NCBI RefSeq assembly: GCF_036365525.1
Contig: NC_090382.1
Span: 79,623,223-79,687,222, forward strand
DNA length: 64,000 nucleotides
Direction of reading: 5' to 3'
From: Heterodontus francisci
Taxonomy: Eukaryota
The notes under the pieces were generated by a model. It had not been told where the DNA came from. It saw only the letters and a list, made by a program, of their open reading frames with translations, and did not search any database. Below, one piece after another: positions 11,136 to 23,948 of the stretch. Numbering within the stretch: position 1 is the stretch's first letter; every line of letters starts with the position of its first letter. The position numbers and the translations under genes are program-made.

Positions 11136-12910
11136 AAGAGTACACCAGGACAGAGGTCTTTTGAGGGAACTGCAGTTTCCAAGGAGTAAGCAAAGAAGGC
11201 AGACTGAATGTACTGAAGTATTAGTCGCCAATGCAACAAAGAATCACATTTATTGCAGACGTCTAACCTGAATCTATGGCAAGATTTTATTTCATAGAAC
11301 TGGTTAGGGAGAGGCAGAAGCATTGCAGAATATCTTCAGTCAGGGCTCAAAATTTTAAATGATTTCAGAATTGGCATCAAATGTTTGCTTTTTAAATGCA
11401 TCAGTTAAATTGGTGACCAAGCTACTACTACTCTCTTCTGGCACTAAAGTTAAACAACTGTGGTAATTATGTGATGCTGCTTTATTGCAGATATTGCAGA
11501 AGGAGAAAGAAGTGCTTGATTTTTTTTTAACTGCCTGGAGCAGTACTAATTAAATTTGGAAAAGGTGCATTTTAATGAAGTTAGTTTTAGCTGCATTTTA
11601 CAATTAAACTAGGTTATATGATGCTGCTTAGTTTTTAGAAAGGGTCCAAGATCTTTTTTGATCTTGCTGTCCCAAATTATAGCTTGTAGGTGAAATTGAC
11701 TCCTTAGCATAAAGGAGCAAACAGATTTCATGTTATCTTCTGAACTTCACTGGATTTCCATTTCCTTACTGTGTTGTGGCCAACGTACATGTTTGGATAT
11801 AAATTTTTGGGGTGGGAGGGGAGTATTTCGATAGTGAAAACACTAGTTTAAAGATGCACTGGTTGGGTTCCTCCTATACATTAAATGCCTGATGTATCTG
11901 TGTTCTTGCTCAGAGTATAGAGTGTCTGTTAGCCTCTACAATGTTTTTTGATGTAATAAAGTCTAAGATTTCAAATATCTAGACGCTTAAATTAAACACC
12001 CTTGTGGCTGAAAGTATCTTGGCTTTATTACATGGTACTGATCCTGTTGTATTTATAGAATGCAAAAGATATTAACAGTGTACTGTGTGATTAAGGATGA
12101 TCTGCAAATGGAGGATTAGATCATATTAAATCTGTGCTTTTTTAACTGTTTTTTATGTGGTTGGAAATACATTTGTGTGGTACACTTTACCTTGTTGCAA
12201 TTTTGATTTTGTACACCCATGTAGTACATTGTTTTTCAATGTAGATAATAAGTAATTTTGTCTGGTTTTAATATTTTACATTGTTTTTGCTAGACGTGAG
12301 CCTGAACAGGATCTTAACAAAATTGTCAAATGCAGTAAATTCACCTCTTGAACAAATTCTGTTTTTATTTCGTATTTTTCATTGGATTTCAAATTTTTGC
12401 ATTTAATTTAAACTTTTAATTGCTCATGGGTCTGCTTGTTTGATTACTTCAAATTTTGGCCTGAATAAACTTTTTAAATGCATAATCGTCAAATGCAGTA
12501 ATCAAGGGTAATGTTGATATTGAGCAGCCAGTCTAGCTTGCTAATGGAACCTGCAGAGGTAGATCTCTTGCTAAGAGTTGGAATTCTGCCCATTCAGTGC
12601 TAGATAACCCTGTAAGGAGAGTGAGGTTTACCAGTGCCCTGTACTAGTAAGGTGTGCAATTTTAGCTGGTTAAATGAAAGCGGTACCCCTATGCATAGTT
12701 GGGGATCCTCATGTCGTTGCTCTATCAACCTGAATCTAAGCTTTCTAAACTTGGGTATAGGGGGTATGTCACTATTGGGATTGAAGGTGCTTCCATTATT
12801 AATATTTTTTGAGGACTGGTGTTTAAAAGATTGTGAAAATTGGTTCATTTGAAAGACTGAGGAGATGCCTGGATTTGGTTTTTCTTTAAAGGTTACTGGA
12901 AGGACACTTT

Positions 12911-13227
12911 GGACAGTGGCGCAGTGGTTAGCACCGCAGCCTCACAGCTCCAGGGACCTGGGTTCGATTCTGGGTACTGCCTGTGCGGAGTTTGCAAGTT
13001 CTCCCTGTGTCTGCGTGGGTTTTCGCCGGGTGCTCCGGTTTCCTCCCACATCCAAAAGACTTGCAGGTGATAGGTAAATTGGCTGTTGTAAATTGCCCCT
13101 AGTGTAGGGAGGTGATAGGGAATATGGGATTACTGTAGGGTTAGTATAAATGGGTGGTTGTTGGTCGGCACAGACTCGGTGGGCCGAAGGGCCTGTTTCA
13201 GTGCTGTATCTCTCAAAAAAAAATAAA
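12911..13227 (+). mobile_element. HE1-type tRNA-derived V-SINE
   Basis: A box GTGGCGCAGTGGTT, B box GGTTCGATTC, V-domain TGCGTGGGTTTT..GGGTGCTCCGGTTTCCTCCCACA, CR1-like tail GGGCCGAAGGGCCTGT. Confidence 0.9.
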
Positions 13228-13963
13228 CTAGAAGAGACAATGAAGTGCTAAATAAACATAAGGAGCCTCGCTGACTATTGGAGTTTACAGGGAAGTCACA
13301 TGTCTAGGTTTATGGTTGTCAAGAGTTTTGGCTTTTTGATTTTGGCTTGGACTGTTTGAATGTTCACTTGGTGTGTATCCTGCTAAGAGAGAAGCGACCC
13401 AACTCATCCTTTTCCACCTGTTTTGGAAAGTCTTCTGAGAATCCAGTGTGATAGCTGAAACCACAAATGCAGTAATTCTCCCGAAAAACCTGCAAGACTA
13501 TTCCCCGACACTCCTGAACAGAACTGCTCCGAAGGATTCCAGTGACCGCTGTCTGTGCACCAGGACGCCAGACCAGAGGCCATTTGGAACATTCCATATC
13601 TTATCCTTTTTCTTCAAGAATTGACAATAACTTCGCCAAAGTATTTTTTAAAAAGTATTTTTTTCCATTAACCGGTGTGTGCGTGTGTTAGGTTATTTTA
13701 AAAGGGTATATATATTCATACTTTCATATTTTAAACTGTGTTAATAAGCTTTGCATCTTTATTGAATAAGTCTTGTTTTATAATCAATAGTTTTGTTGTT
13801 TATTAAAGAAACCTGGTTGGCGGATTTTTTTAAATTCTGAAACTAATAGCAAGTATATAATTGGCCGTATCGGTAACTGGGTAAAACATTTAAACATACG
13901 TTGTGACTAGTGGAGTAGTGGAACTAGTAAAATACAGTGCATTCCTCCAACCTCAGTCGTAAC
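13228..13963 (+). mobile_element. LTR-retrotransposon solo LTR (3' part; 5' boundary uncertain)
   Basis: Ends in GTCGTAACA; 3' ~200 bp similar to the LTR at 43723-44619 (ATTAAAGAAACCTGGTT...ACAGTGCA..CCTCC..CCTC.GTCGTAACA). Confidence 0.65.
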
Positions 13964-15319
13964 ACTCTGCATTAAGTTTTGGGGTCTTTTACTCAGTTTA
14001 TTCATGCTCAGTATCAAAGATCACTCCCGTGAGTGAGCCCTCACTTCCCTTGAAGTTGGGTGTACCTTTATATGTCCAATATTTGGTTACTTTAGCAAGC
14101 ACAGGTATTGAACAGGAGACTTTGTCACTGTATTTAGGTTGCTAGATATAATAGCCCTCTTATGATTTTTCTAGACTTTGGAAAGTGATAGTCTAAACCA
14201 CCACCTGGTAGAATAAAGACTATGAACTATTTATTAATAGATAATCTGATGCAAAGCCTATACAGATTAATATTTTACACAATATTTAACTTGTGCTTCA
14301 TCCTTGGATGCAAAAAATAATAAACTTGACACTTTGCTAACTATCTATGTTAAACCTAGTCTACTATTCAAACATTGACTACATGTGGATTTGGATGGCC
14401 TGTATTGACATGCCAAGACCATACATTCTGTAGTATAGTGGTATGAGAAAAACTGATGTGTGGGAGCGTGAACCCAGAGATATACCTCTATCTTTTTTTG
14501 AAATTCAACCAGGAGCAAATAATTTTTTTTTTTAAATCACAATTACATAAAGCTATCATGATTTTAAAAAGAGATGCTTGTTGCCCAGGGTGTTTCTTTG
14601 TCCTATTTGAAGTTACAAACTAGGATATAGGGAAAATAATGGGTGCCATCCATGGTAGAAACTAGTGTATCAGTTTAGTACAAAACATCTGACAACTGTA
14701 ACAAAATTGTTACCAAGGATTTTTAGCTTAATTTGATAGATTTTTAGGACAAAACCAACAAATTGGTAAATGACTTCTAATTATTTTGCAATCAAAACAT
14801 ATTTGCATATCAGACCATAACTTGCATTATTAACAGACGGGCCATAACAAAAATTAAAATGACCAGTAAGTTCAAATGAATATCGATTTCCTGATTCAAT
14901 GGTGTGACTGAATCCCTATTCATCACATCAGTCTCCCACCCACTATCAGATAGGTTTCTCAATTGTGCAATCAATGCCTCAAAAATGAGAACTTCCTAAG
15001 GCACATGTCTGACTGAGCTGCTTGTGTCTTAGCATATCCTGAGTTGCATGAAAACCTGCCACTCCTGTGCTTATCATTTTCTTCCTTGACTTTGTGCACT
15101 GCAACATCTGCCTGGATGGTATATTGCAATTTTCACCCTTGGACAGATGGCCTCTCCCAGTCCGCTGTGTCCAGCTACCGTGCCTGGACATTATATGCGT
15201 GCTTTGGTATTGGTGGGCTAACAAGTGGGTACAAGCATCTCGCTGAATAGGTGAGCCCTCTAAGGAGTTCACTTGATTCCCAGCTGAAGTGTGAATTATG
15301 TGAGTACTGAATCCTCCCT

Positions 15320-15800
15320 TATGGAAGTGAATGTTTTCACAGTTGATGAAGAGGATAAGATACTAGTGACACCAGGGAACCTGAAAATAATGAAGGGGAG
15401 GAACTTAGTGGATTTAATATAAGTAAAAGTACAATAACAGAGAAAATAATGAGACTTGGATAGACAAACCTCCAGGACCTAATGGTATTCACCTCAGGCT
15501 ATTAAAAGAAATAGAGGACTTTGCATTAGTCACAGTTTTCCAAAGATCTCTAGATGCAGGAACTGCCTTGGTTTTGGAAAAGTGCAAATGTGACCCCATT
15601 ATTTAAGAAATAAGGGAGAAACCAGGTAAATAAAGGCGTGTGTGTTAAACATTAATGGTGTGGAAATTATTGGAATCTTAGAAACCGTGACATGTGGGTA
15701 AGTATCAGCTGATCATTATAGAGATTTGTTAAGGGTAGATTCTACCTGAGTAATTAGCTGATTTTTTTTGAGGTCACTAGCATAATGACATGGTCAGATT
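15320..15800 (+). mobile_element. Highly degenerate CR1 ORF2 fragment
   Basis: CCAGGACCTAATGGTATTCAC and GCAAATGTGACCCCATTATTTAAGAAA resemble the PGPD and ANVTPLFKK coding motifs. Confidence 0.6.
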
Positions 15801-17657
15801 ACTCCTTACCTTGTATCCTGATAATATAGTAATGAACAACTGACTTATTAGTGTCTGTTAGTGTCACAGGTTCTACCCAAGTTGACTTCTATAATCGCTT
15901 TATTATTAACGGTCCTCTTCATTGATGATACTGCCTCTGTACCAAATTAGTTTTCCTGTCATATGAAACTTATGCTTTGGCTATATCTTTTAGTAAACCA
16001 GTTCTCTTTATGTACATATCCTTCAAGCTCCAGTACCCTGTTTCTCATTTTTTAAATTAGTGTGAAAGTTTATTAATATTATGCTCCTAATGCCAGGTAT
16101 TTGATTTTTAGCCTACCTTAATGGATCACTTCTCTCAATCATGACTATGGCTATAATTCTAGTCTTTTTATTTTTGGTTTAAATATTTGCTGATTAAGCA
16201 TATTCTGATCCAATCTTGTATTCCTTTTTACATTTAAATGAAGTTTATTTTTAATTTTTAAAAAAACCTCATTTGCCAAAGTCCTCTAATTGTTTTATAC
16301 TCTGGCTTTCCACCTGAGCAGTAAAGCCAAAATCTGAATAGCAGTGACGCTAAATGAGCTTGCTTGTGTTGTTCCATTCACTAACTCATCCAAATGAGAA
16401 CCCTGTCAATAATTGTATCTTTACTAATGTCAATCCAGCTCCTTTATTCAGTTGGGACATATTAATCTTCCCAGCCAAACCTCCATGAGTGACAACCTTC
16501 ACTGATTCCAGCCCTGTGCTACCAGATTCTGTAACATTTCCCAGCCTTGCCTTGCATGAATGTGTAATAATTCCAGCTCTGTTGTGCTGTTGAGTTCAGC
16601 AACTCCCCACTAGCTCCCTTGGACTGTTGTGCTCAGTAAATTCTTCCAGCCAGTTTCTATAATTATGCCATCAATGTTTAAATACAAATATTCTAAAACA
16701 TGAAAAAAAAAATCAGTGTGATGTATTTTCCTCAACCAATAGCTGACAGAACATTCTCGTTCTCATTATTCTATCAAGGCGCAGGCTGCTGCTAGGTTGA
16801 GCCTCCTTTTAGCTTTGCAATGCAATGTTGGAAGTTATTCTTTAGGGGAATGTATTCTCCAGTGAGGATAATTATGCAAACTTCACCCTAATTATCTGCT
16901 TTTACTGTTCTTCCTGAATCAAACCAGGAAGCTGAGAGGGTGAACCACTCAGCTTGCTCTTAGAATCCCTTGGCTGGGGTAGCCCAGTGGACACTTGGCA
17001 TATTGATTTTTGCTCATATCCCTATAGGATAATTCCTCATGCCCCGTGGCAGTTTGACTGGGAAGTTCAGTGGTGTGGAAAAATTAGATCTATGCCTCAT
17101 ATGCTCGTAGCAGTATGCTGCCATCCAGTGTTTCATGATGCTAGTATTCTGTGGGCTCATTACCATCTCTGTTTCTCAGTGAAATGTTTCCTGTGGCCAA
17201 CTAAGATTCAGGATGAGGAGTTATTAATAAAAAGAAAATAGGAGCAGGAGTAAGCCATTAATCTCTGGAGCCTGTTTTCTCAATCTGTTAGATCATGGTG
17301 TCTTGCCTCCTATTTTACAACTGTGACTACACTTCAAAAGTAGTTCATTGGCTGTAAAGTTCCTTGGGATGTCATGAGGCTCATCCTTTCTGTATCTGGT
17401 ATTTGCATAGTTGCACTTGCCAGCATAGGTCACGGTGTAAAGCAGGAGCAGGAATCCTGGCTGATTTATTTTCACTCAGGCCTGAGATGCTGATGTAAGT
17501 TGTAAGCCCAAACTGCTGCCTGGCTGAGAATAACTAGCTCAGTACAGACTGGCTGTATGGCTTAGTGTTACACCATGTGATGTTTTCAGTCAACAGGGGA
17601 AATTTAAATATGTTTGGGATAAATTATTGAAGCATCAACACATGAAACTATAGAGTA

Positions 17658-17804
17658 AATAAAAGCAAGATGCTGGAAATCAAATAAAAACAAAAAAATG
17701 TTGGAAATACTCAGCAGGTCTGGCAGCATCTGTGGAGAGGGAAGCAGAGTTAATGTTTCAGGTCAGTGACCTTTCATCAGAAAATATATCAAAATATATA
17801 TTAT
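17658..17804 (-). mobile_element. Short Penelope-like element with the best-preserved hammerhead core
   Basis: Minus strand CTGATGA-A-AGGTC-ACT-GACCT-GAAAC at 17780-17755; 13-bp TSD AAACTATAGAGTA at 17645-17657 and 17805-17817. Confidence 0.75.
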
Positions 17805-18426
17805 AAACTATAGAGTAGTTGGGTACAGGTTTAGCACCCCTTCCCTTATCTATTTCTAAATGGGGGCCAAAAGTTCGGAAAGGAGGGAATGAAAACACAG
17901 CAAGAATATTGATACTCGACTGCTATTGTTGACTTCCTAGTGATCAGCTCAGAGCATTATTAACTGAGACCGAACAACAATCAGTCCATGCACCAGGGAG
18001 AAATTAAAAGGATTTAGTATGTTAAAAAGTAAACACTCACCTCTTCTCACCTATCCAAGCAATGAAATAATTAATTTTGACTATTGACCAACTGTGAGAA
18101 TATTTGAGTTTACATCAAAGGAACTTGCCACAGGCGAAATGTCCTTGATTTGTGGCAGGGGTGTGGGGTGGTGAGCAGTGATAAGCTGGGATACATAATG
18201 CTAGCTGCCTATTTTTCAGGTAACCTCTCAACTATATGCCATGTAATTGTAGTGAGGCAGAACTCTGTGGCAACGAAGATGTATTCAATGTAGAATTGAG
18301 CGACCTACATCATAACAATTGTTGACAGTAAATATGGTTTAAAATCAGGCTGTTCAAAGTTCACTTAAAGTACATTATCAGAAGCAAGCAGCAGTTCATC
18401 TAAGTACCTGAGACCACAAAGACCAA

Positions 18427-19244
18427 GGGTTGGATTTTCACTTTGGGGATAGGAAACGCTTTTGATATTGTTTCCGGGTCTTGAACCTGGCCCCAGGGAG
18501 AAACAGTCACTCTTTGGCATTTTCATGGAAACACCCCCTTAATTGCATGGAGAAAGATTCCCAGTTCAATTAAGGGCAGTTGGCAGGAGGGCTCTCAAAG
18601 CTGGAGGGCCAGAGACCTTGCAGCTTGAGAGGAGCAGCAGGCTGCAGTAAAGAGTAAGTAACTGAGAGGGTGCTTCAAAGTGGAGGCAGTGAGGCACTGT
18701 CTCTCAAACGTTTTTCAAAAACAAGAGAGTGTGGGTGGAAATCCCTCTACAGGGTGGCCTTTGGCTGCCCCAGGCAGGCAGAGAGGGTCGATAGGCTTGT
18801 CTGGAGTGCTGCCCTACTAGCAACCCTAACCCCCACAGCCTGTTGCTGGCTGCATGCTTAGAGGCAGTTAAACTGCCCCTTGTCGTGTCAGGAAACTGGA
18901 GGCCCACTGGAAAATCCCAGTCAGCCTCCTTTGATTCTGGTTAATAGGGCTCTTAATGAGTGTTCTGGTGAAAGGTCACAGATATGAAATATTAACTCAG
19001 TTTCGCTTTCCACAGATGCTGCCAGACCTGCTGCATATTTCCAGCAATTTCTGTTTTTATTTCTTAATGAGTGTAATTGGCTACCTGCCTTGTGGAGACA
19101 GGTAGCCCTACCAGCCATGAACCTGCCTTGACAAAAATGGCCAGCACCAGGAACAGGGTCAGGAAACTGGCCAGCTGCCGCTGGTATTTTTGGGCCCCAT
19201 CCGCCTCTGTTTATGACCTAGGTGGGGCTTGAAAATTCAGTCCC
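18427..19244. mobile_element. Non-autonomous DNA transposon, PIF/Harbinger-like
   Basis: Imperfect TIRs GGGTTGGATTTT / AAAATTCAGTCCC; GC-rich interior resembling 25230-25847 and 55704-56457. Confidence 0.55.
18964..19061 (+). mobile_element. Short Penelope-like element nested in the Harbinger-like element
   Basis: 13-bp TSD TCTTAATGAGTGT at 18951-18963 and 19062-19074; starts at degenerate core CTGGTGAAAGGTC. Confidence 0.75.
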
Positions 19245-19719
19245 AAAAGTGAGTTTGTTAGCAGAGAAAAGCCAGCACTCTCTGAAAGTGAAATATGCAG
19301 ACTGGTAGTTTTGAAAAAATAACAATGGTAAAGAGGAAAAAAGATTACGAAAACAGGAGCAAGATGTAAAGGAATATCAATGCATACAGGAGACTATCAC
19401 AAGGAGGTTTGTGCAAACACAAGGCAAAAGCAGCATCAACATATGCTTGAACTGGCAGAGGCTTAACTGCTATTATCAGTGTAAGAAGGTCCACCACATC
19501 CTGTGTATAAACCAATGTGGGTCAATTTTACCATATTTAACTTTAAAAGGGAGAATATAGATGGATTCCTTAATTAAAACAAACCACCAATGGGACATAG
19601 GAGTTTGGACAGTATAACTGGGATGAGTGGAAAGGACAGTAAGGCACTTTCTGACTTACAGTGCAGACCATATGATAATTCTTGATTATATTTATGCCTT
19701 AGGTATTTAGGAGTAACTT

Positions 19720-21060
19720 TAAAATCATATAGAAAATGCCACAATAAACTCAAAATTGAAGATTCAGGGTAAGTACAGAGAATGGACAAGAGACTGGTTG
19801 AAGGGTATAAAAACAGGCAGAGTAGTTAAATCAGCACGAAGGGTGGGAAAAGTCCTGAGTGGGATGCCTCAGTGCTCAGTGATGGGACAACCACTGATTC
19901 TAATTTACAAAAATGACCTCAACACAAATTTACAGATGAGATACCAAACAAGGTGGGAAGTGAAAATGGACGAGGAATTTCACTACAGAAATGGCAAGTT
20001 GTTAAAGTAGGCAGAAATATAATGTTCTACATGCAGAAAAGTAAAACAGATGGCACACCTACTCCAACAATGGTCTTGAGTTAGCTATGGATGAAGCTGA
20101 AAGATACCTAGGAATTTTAGTAGATAATGCTAAATACATCCAACCAATACTGAGCAATGATGGTGGAGGCAGATTCAATCATGGATTTCAAAAGGGAATT
20201 GGATAATTATTGAAGAGAAAAAGTTTGTAGGGTTATGGAGAAAAGGCAGGGGAGTGACATTAGCTGAGTAGCTCTTTCAGAGAGCTGGCATGGACACAAC
20301 AGGCTGAATGGCCTCCTTCTGTGCTGTAGCCATTCTATGATTCTAAGCCAACAAGATGTTGAATTAAAAGCAAAATACTGCAGATGCTGGAAAATCTGAA
20401 ATCAAAACAAGAAATGCTGGAAATACTCAGCAGGTCTGGCAGCATCTGTGGAGAGAGAAGCAGAGTTAACGTTTCAGGTCAGTGACCTGAAGAAGGGTCA
20501 CTGACCTGAAATGTTAACTCTGCTTCTCTCTCCACAGATGCTGCCAGACCTGCTATTTCCAGCAAGATGTTGAATTAGCTCGAACAGAAATGCAAATCAG
20601 AGAAGGTAATGATTAACTTTGTGATGTGGTCTGACTGTACCTTGAATATCACATGCATTTCTGATCACCAAGAAATGCAAGTGCAAAGTGCTTTAAGGTT
20701 AGTCCCCATTGTTAGGAGAAAAGATCGAAGAAAGCTGGGCTTTTCAGCCTGGAATCAAGGCAATCAACAGGTGATCTTAGACGTGTTATGGGTTATGAAT
20801 AGATGGAAATGGGTAAAGAAAAAGTTTACCCAAAAAATAATTTTAAACTGCAAGAGTAGAACTTGGAGAGACGTGTTCAGACAACAGAAGTGTACTTTTA
20901 AGACTGATGCCAAAAAATATTTCTTCCCACAGGATGATCAATGTGTGGAATAAACTTCCAGTTAGAGTAGCAGAGGGACAAACCCTGGAATCATTTAAGA
21001 AACAATCCAATACTACACCAGGTTGATGTTAGGATCTTTTAGATGGATGAATCAAGATAG
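19720..21060 (+). mobile_element. Ancient degenerate CR1-group LINE with later insertions
   Basis: SGMPQCSVMGQPLILIYKNDL (GVPQGSVLGP-like) in ORF 19756-20010; FFPQ 3' motif in ORF 20609-20953. Confidence 0.55.
20367..20562. mobile_element. Self-inverted (fold-back) Penelope-like element with hammerhead core
   Basis: Two inverted arms meeting at ~20487; CTGAAGA-AGGGTC-ACT-GACCT-GAAA on + at 20487-20511; 15-bp TSD CAAGATGTTGAATTA at 20352-20366 and 20563-20577. Confidence 0.8.
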
Positions 21061-21188
21061 CAAAACTGACTTCCATAGTTGAAATTATCTTGTAATTTAA
21101 AAAAAAAATTCATTGATAAGGAACAGCAATTACAAGATGATACAAGTTCATTATACTTTCAAAGCACTTATATTCGCAAAGTAAAGCT

Positions 21189-21194
21189 TTTATT
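21189..21194 (-). terminator. Candidate polyadenylation signal of UBE2B
   Basis: AATAAA on minus strand, upstream UGUA elements (e.g. 21235-21240), U/GU-rich downstream. Confidence 0.5.
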
Positions 21195-23819
21195 TAAAAA
21201 AAAAATCTGAAAAAGTGTTTGCATCAATACATATTGTACAACATACAAGCATCATGAAACTGCAGAGCCCAGAGGACTACCAACGTTCTTGCCAGTGTTA
21301 CCTTATAAAAATGGAACACAAGCCCATCAATTGTTCAATTGTTTCCCAAGCCTCCAAGAGGGAGAGAAAAGAGTAAAAACAAGGCAAAAAAAAAAAAACA
21401 CTACCTCGGCAAACATCATTACATAGTTGATATCATTAATCACTTTCTGTATAAATCACTTTACATTAAGAGAATAAATCATATTTTTCTTCAGCGAAAT
21501 AGATGGCAAACAGGTACTACTTTTGAATTACTTGAACAGAATCATAAATACATTTCCTTCACTGACTTCCTTATAAAAAGCACTGTAGAATAGGGTACAA
21601 AAATGTTTGATGCACCTTTAAAAGGGAGCTTAAGTTTTAAAAGAAAAAAAATACATCTTTACAAAACAAGGAATAAAAGAAATCCTTTATACAGCATTAA
21701 CAGAAATAATTAATTTTCACAAACCACAGCAGAAAGTGTAACCATTTGAAAAACATTACAACATTCCAATAGTAACACAACAGGTAATTACAGTAAAGTT
21801 AATTACAGCAAAAGCAGAAAAAATTAAAATATTTTCACACACACATGCATCACTAACCAAACTCCAAAGCTCCTCAAACGGATCAATCCTCACCTGGGCT
21901 ACCAACCTCACTACGGTGACACACCTAGTAGTGGCAAGGCCTGTAACTATTCCCTCCTAGAAAATAAACACAACTTTGGGTGCTTCCTACCAAACACTTA
22001 CCAATATAGATGCTCTTAATCTTCTGGCTGAGAAAGAGGCTCAGTAGCTGACATTCCTTTAAGTTTGGCTGCATGTTGGGAAAGCCACCCACCATTACTG
22101 GGGGGGCGGGGGAAGATTCTATACCAGCATGGCACAAAAGGTATTCATGAAGACCTTTTCAGGCTAATTGGTTGCTGTATCACTTAAAATAGGAAAAAAG
22201 GCTGGGGATACTCTAAATATGACATTTTCATTTGATTTTATAAATAATTGAGTTTTTTCTGCTTGTCTAAGTAGTTTTGCAGAGCCGAAACATAAAATGA
22301 AACTCTTAGCTTTACACATATACAGAACACCCCCGAGCACAGCTATTTCTTCAATATAGGAAAGAATACCAAAGGTATCCCCATTTATGGTAGCCACTAA
22401 ATCAGACAATGGAGATGTCAAGAGGATACTGAACATTTATAAGATTACAGCAAATTAGGATTATTGTTCCTTTAAAAACAAATTAGATTTTTTGCTCTCT
22501 GGAGCATAGGATGCCCATTATCAGTTGAACAAAAAAAAATTGAAGTAGTATTTAAATTAAAAGCCTCACTTGAATGGGCATCAGAAGATGAGATCATATT
22601 TGGCTGTGAAGCTTCTTACCAGCAGATAACCTACGAATACTCACTGCCTATCCAAGCTTGGGTGAAAAACAGACACTTGGTTTGTCAGCACCTGTGGTAT
22701 CTCACCTCCTAGAAATTAATATTTCAAGAGGGGGAAAGTGAATAATGAAAGGGAAAAGAGAAAGTTTTTTTGCTGGAACAGATGGTCTGGTGTGATAAAT
22801 GATTTGAAGATCTCTCCCAAACATAACTTGTGTAAACTGACATGTGCATCGAATATATGCAGGCTTTCAATTTTCCTTGGTGCATTCCTGAATTTAGTTG
22901 TGCAGAGCATCTACAAATGGGAGATGTATCAAAGTGCGGGTAGGCAATAGTCATCCATAGGAGGCGCAAAGCTACAAGTTATTACAGTTCTGTGTGCACC
23001 TGAATAATAGAAGCACCTGCCTTTACCTGATTTACACATTCAACTTTTCTCTGATTTATCTACATGACAAAATGCTGACTAAACACAGCTGCTTCCAGTC
23101 ACATTCTGCCATTCAGATTTAACAGATGGTAGTTTTCCCATGTGATAAAATAGATGCATTCCCCCCCCACCCCCAAAATAAAATGCGAGATAATGTGGAA
23201 AAGTATCCTCCTTTTGGGATCTAGTTCAGCTCAAATGTATTGCAAAACTGCATGAAAAGAAAAAGCCAGCTTACTACCAACCTATAGTGAGATCCACATG
23301 CTGTAAAAAGCAGCTCTTCATTAAGCAAATATCACAATAGGCTGTTCAAAGTTGCTGAGCAAATTACGTTGTAATTGCTCTCCTGTTCAAATGTACTTTA
23401 GGTGTTACAACTGGTGATCAGGACAGCAGCATAAAATATTGAACTAGAAGTTTAATGGATCCCAAAACCAGGATTTGCCTCCGTGCAAATCAAACTTTGT
23501 TGTTAGCAATTCAACACTTCACTCTCACTCGTATCAGTAAGGTGTGAATAAACTAGTTGGTGTAAAGTTGGATCAATGATGATGCCTAAACAAGGAAAGA
23601 GACCATAGAGTGTACGAGTTTATCAAATACTGCTTACAAATTCACATCATGCAACAAAAGAACCCTCTAACAGTACAAACGATAAAGGGTTAAAATTCCT
23701 TAAGAATGTCAGCAAAGAACGTATGCAGACTCTTCTGCCAGTCTTATGACACTTTTTTTGCATTTACTCAGGTAAAATAATGCATTGGGCAGTTAGCAGA
23801 GGATTCTTGTTGCTCTAGG

Positions 23820-23948
23820 TTAGCAGTCACTCCAGCTCTGCTCTACAATAGCAGATACCCTCTTCTCGTATTCCCGTTTGTTTTCTTGGTAAAGCTGTGC
23901 AGCCTGGCTATTTGCTGGACTATTTGGGTTTGGCTCATCAAGTAGGGA
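23820..23948 (-). CDS. UBE2B: UBE2B/RAD6 exon 6 (129 nt, includes stop)
   Basis: [42 protein letters not shown]; TCTTGTCTAG acceptor. Confidence 0.95.
   Translation of the reverse strand, partial: SLLDEPNPNSPANSQAAQLYQENKREYEKRVSAIVEQSWSDC

Noticed and set aside
12911-12980. tRNA genes (also 44668, 63440, 29130-29208)
   Set aside because: A/B boxes are SINE heads followed by SINE bodies; no proper cloverleaf
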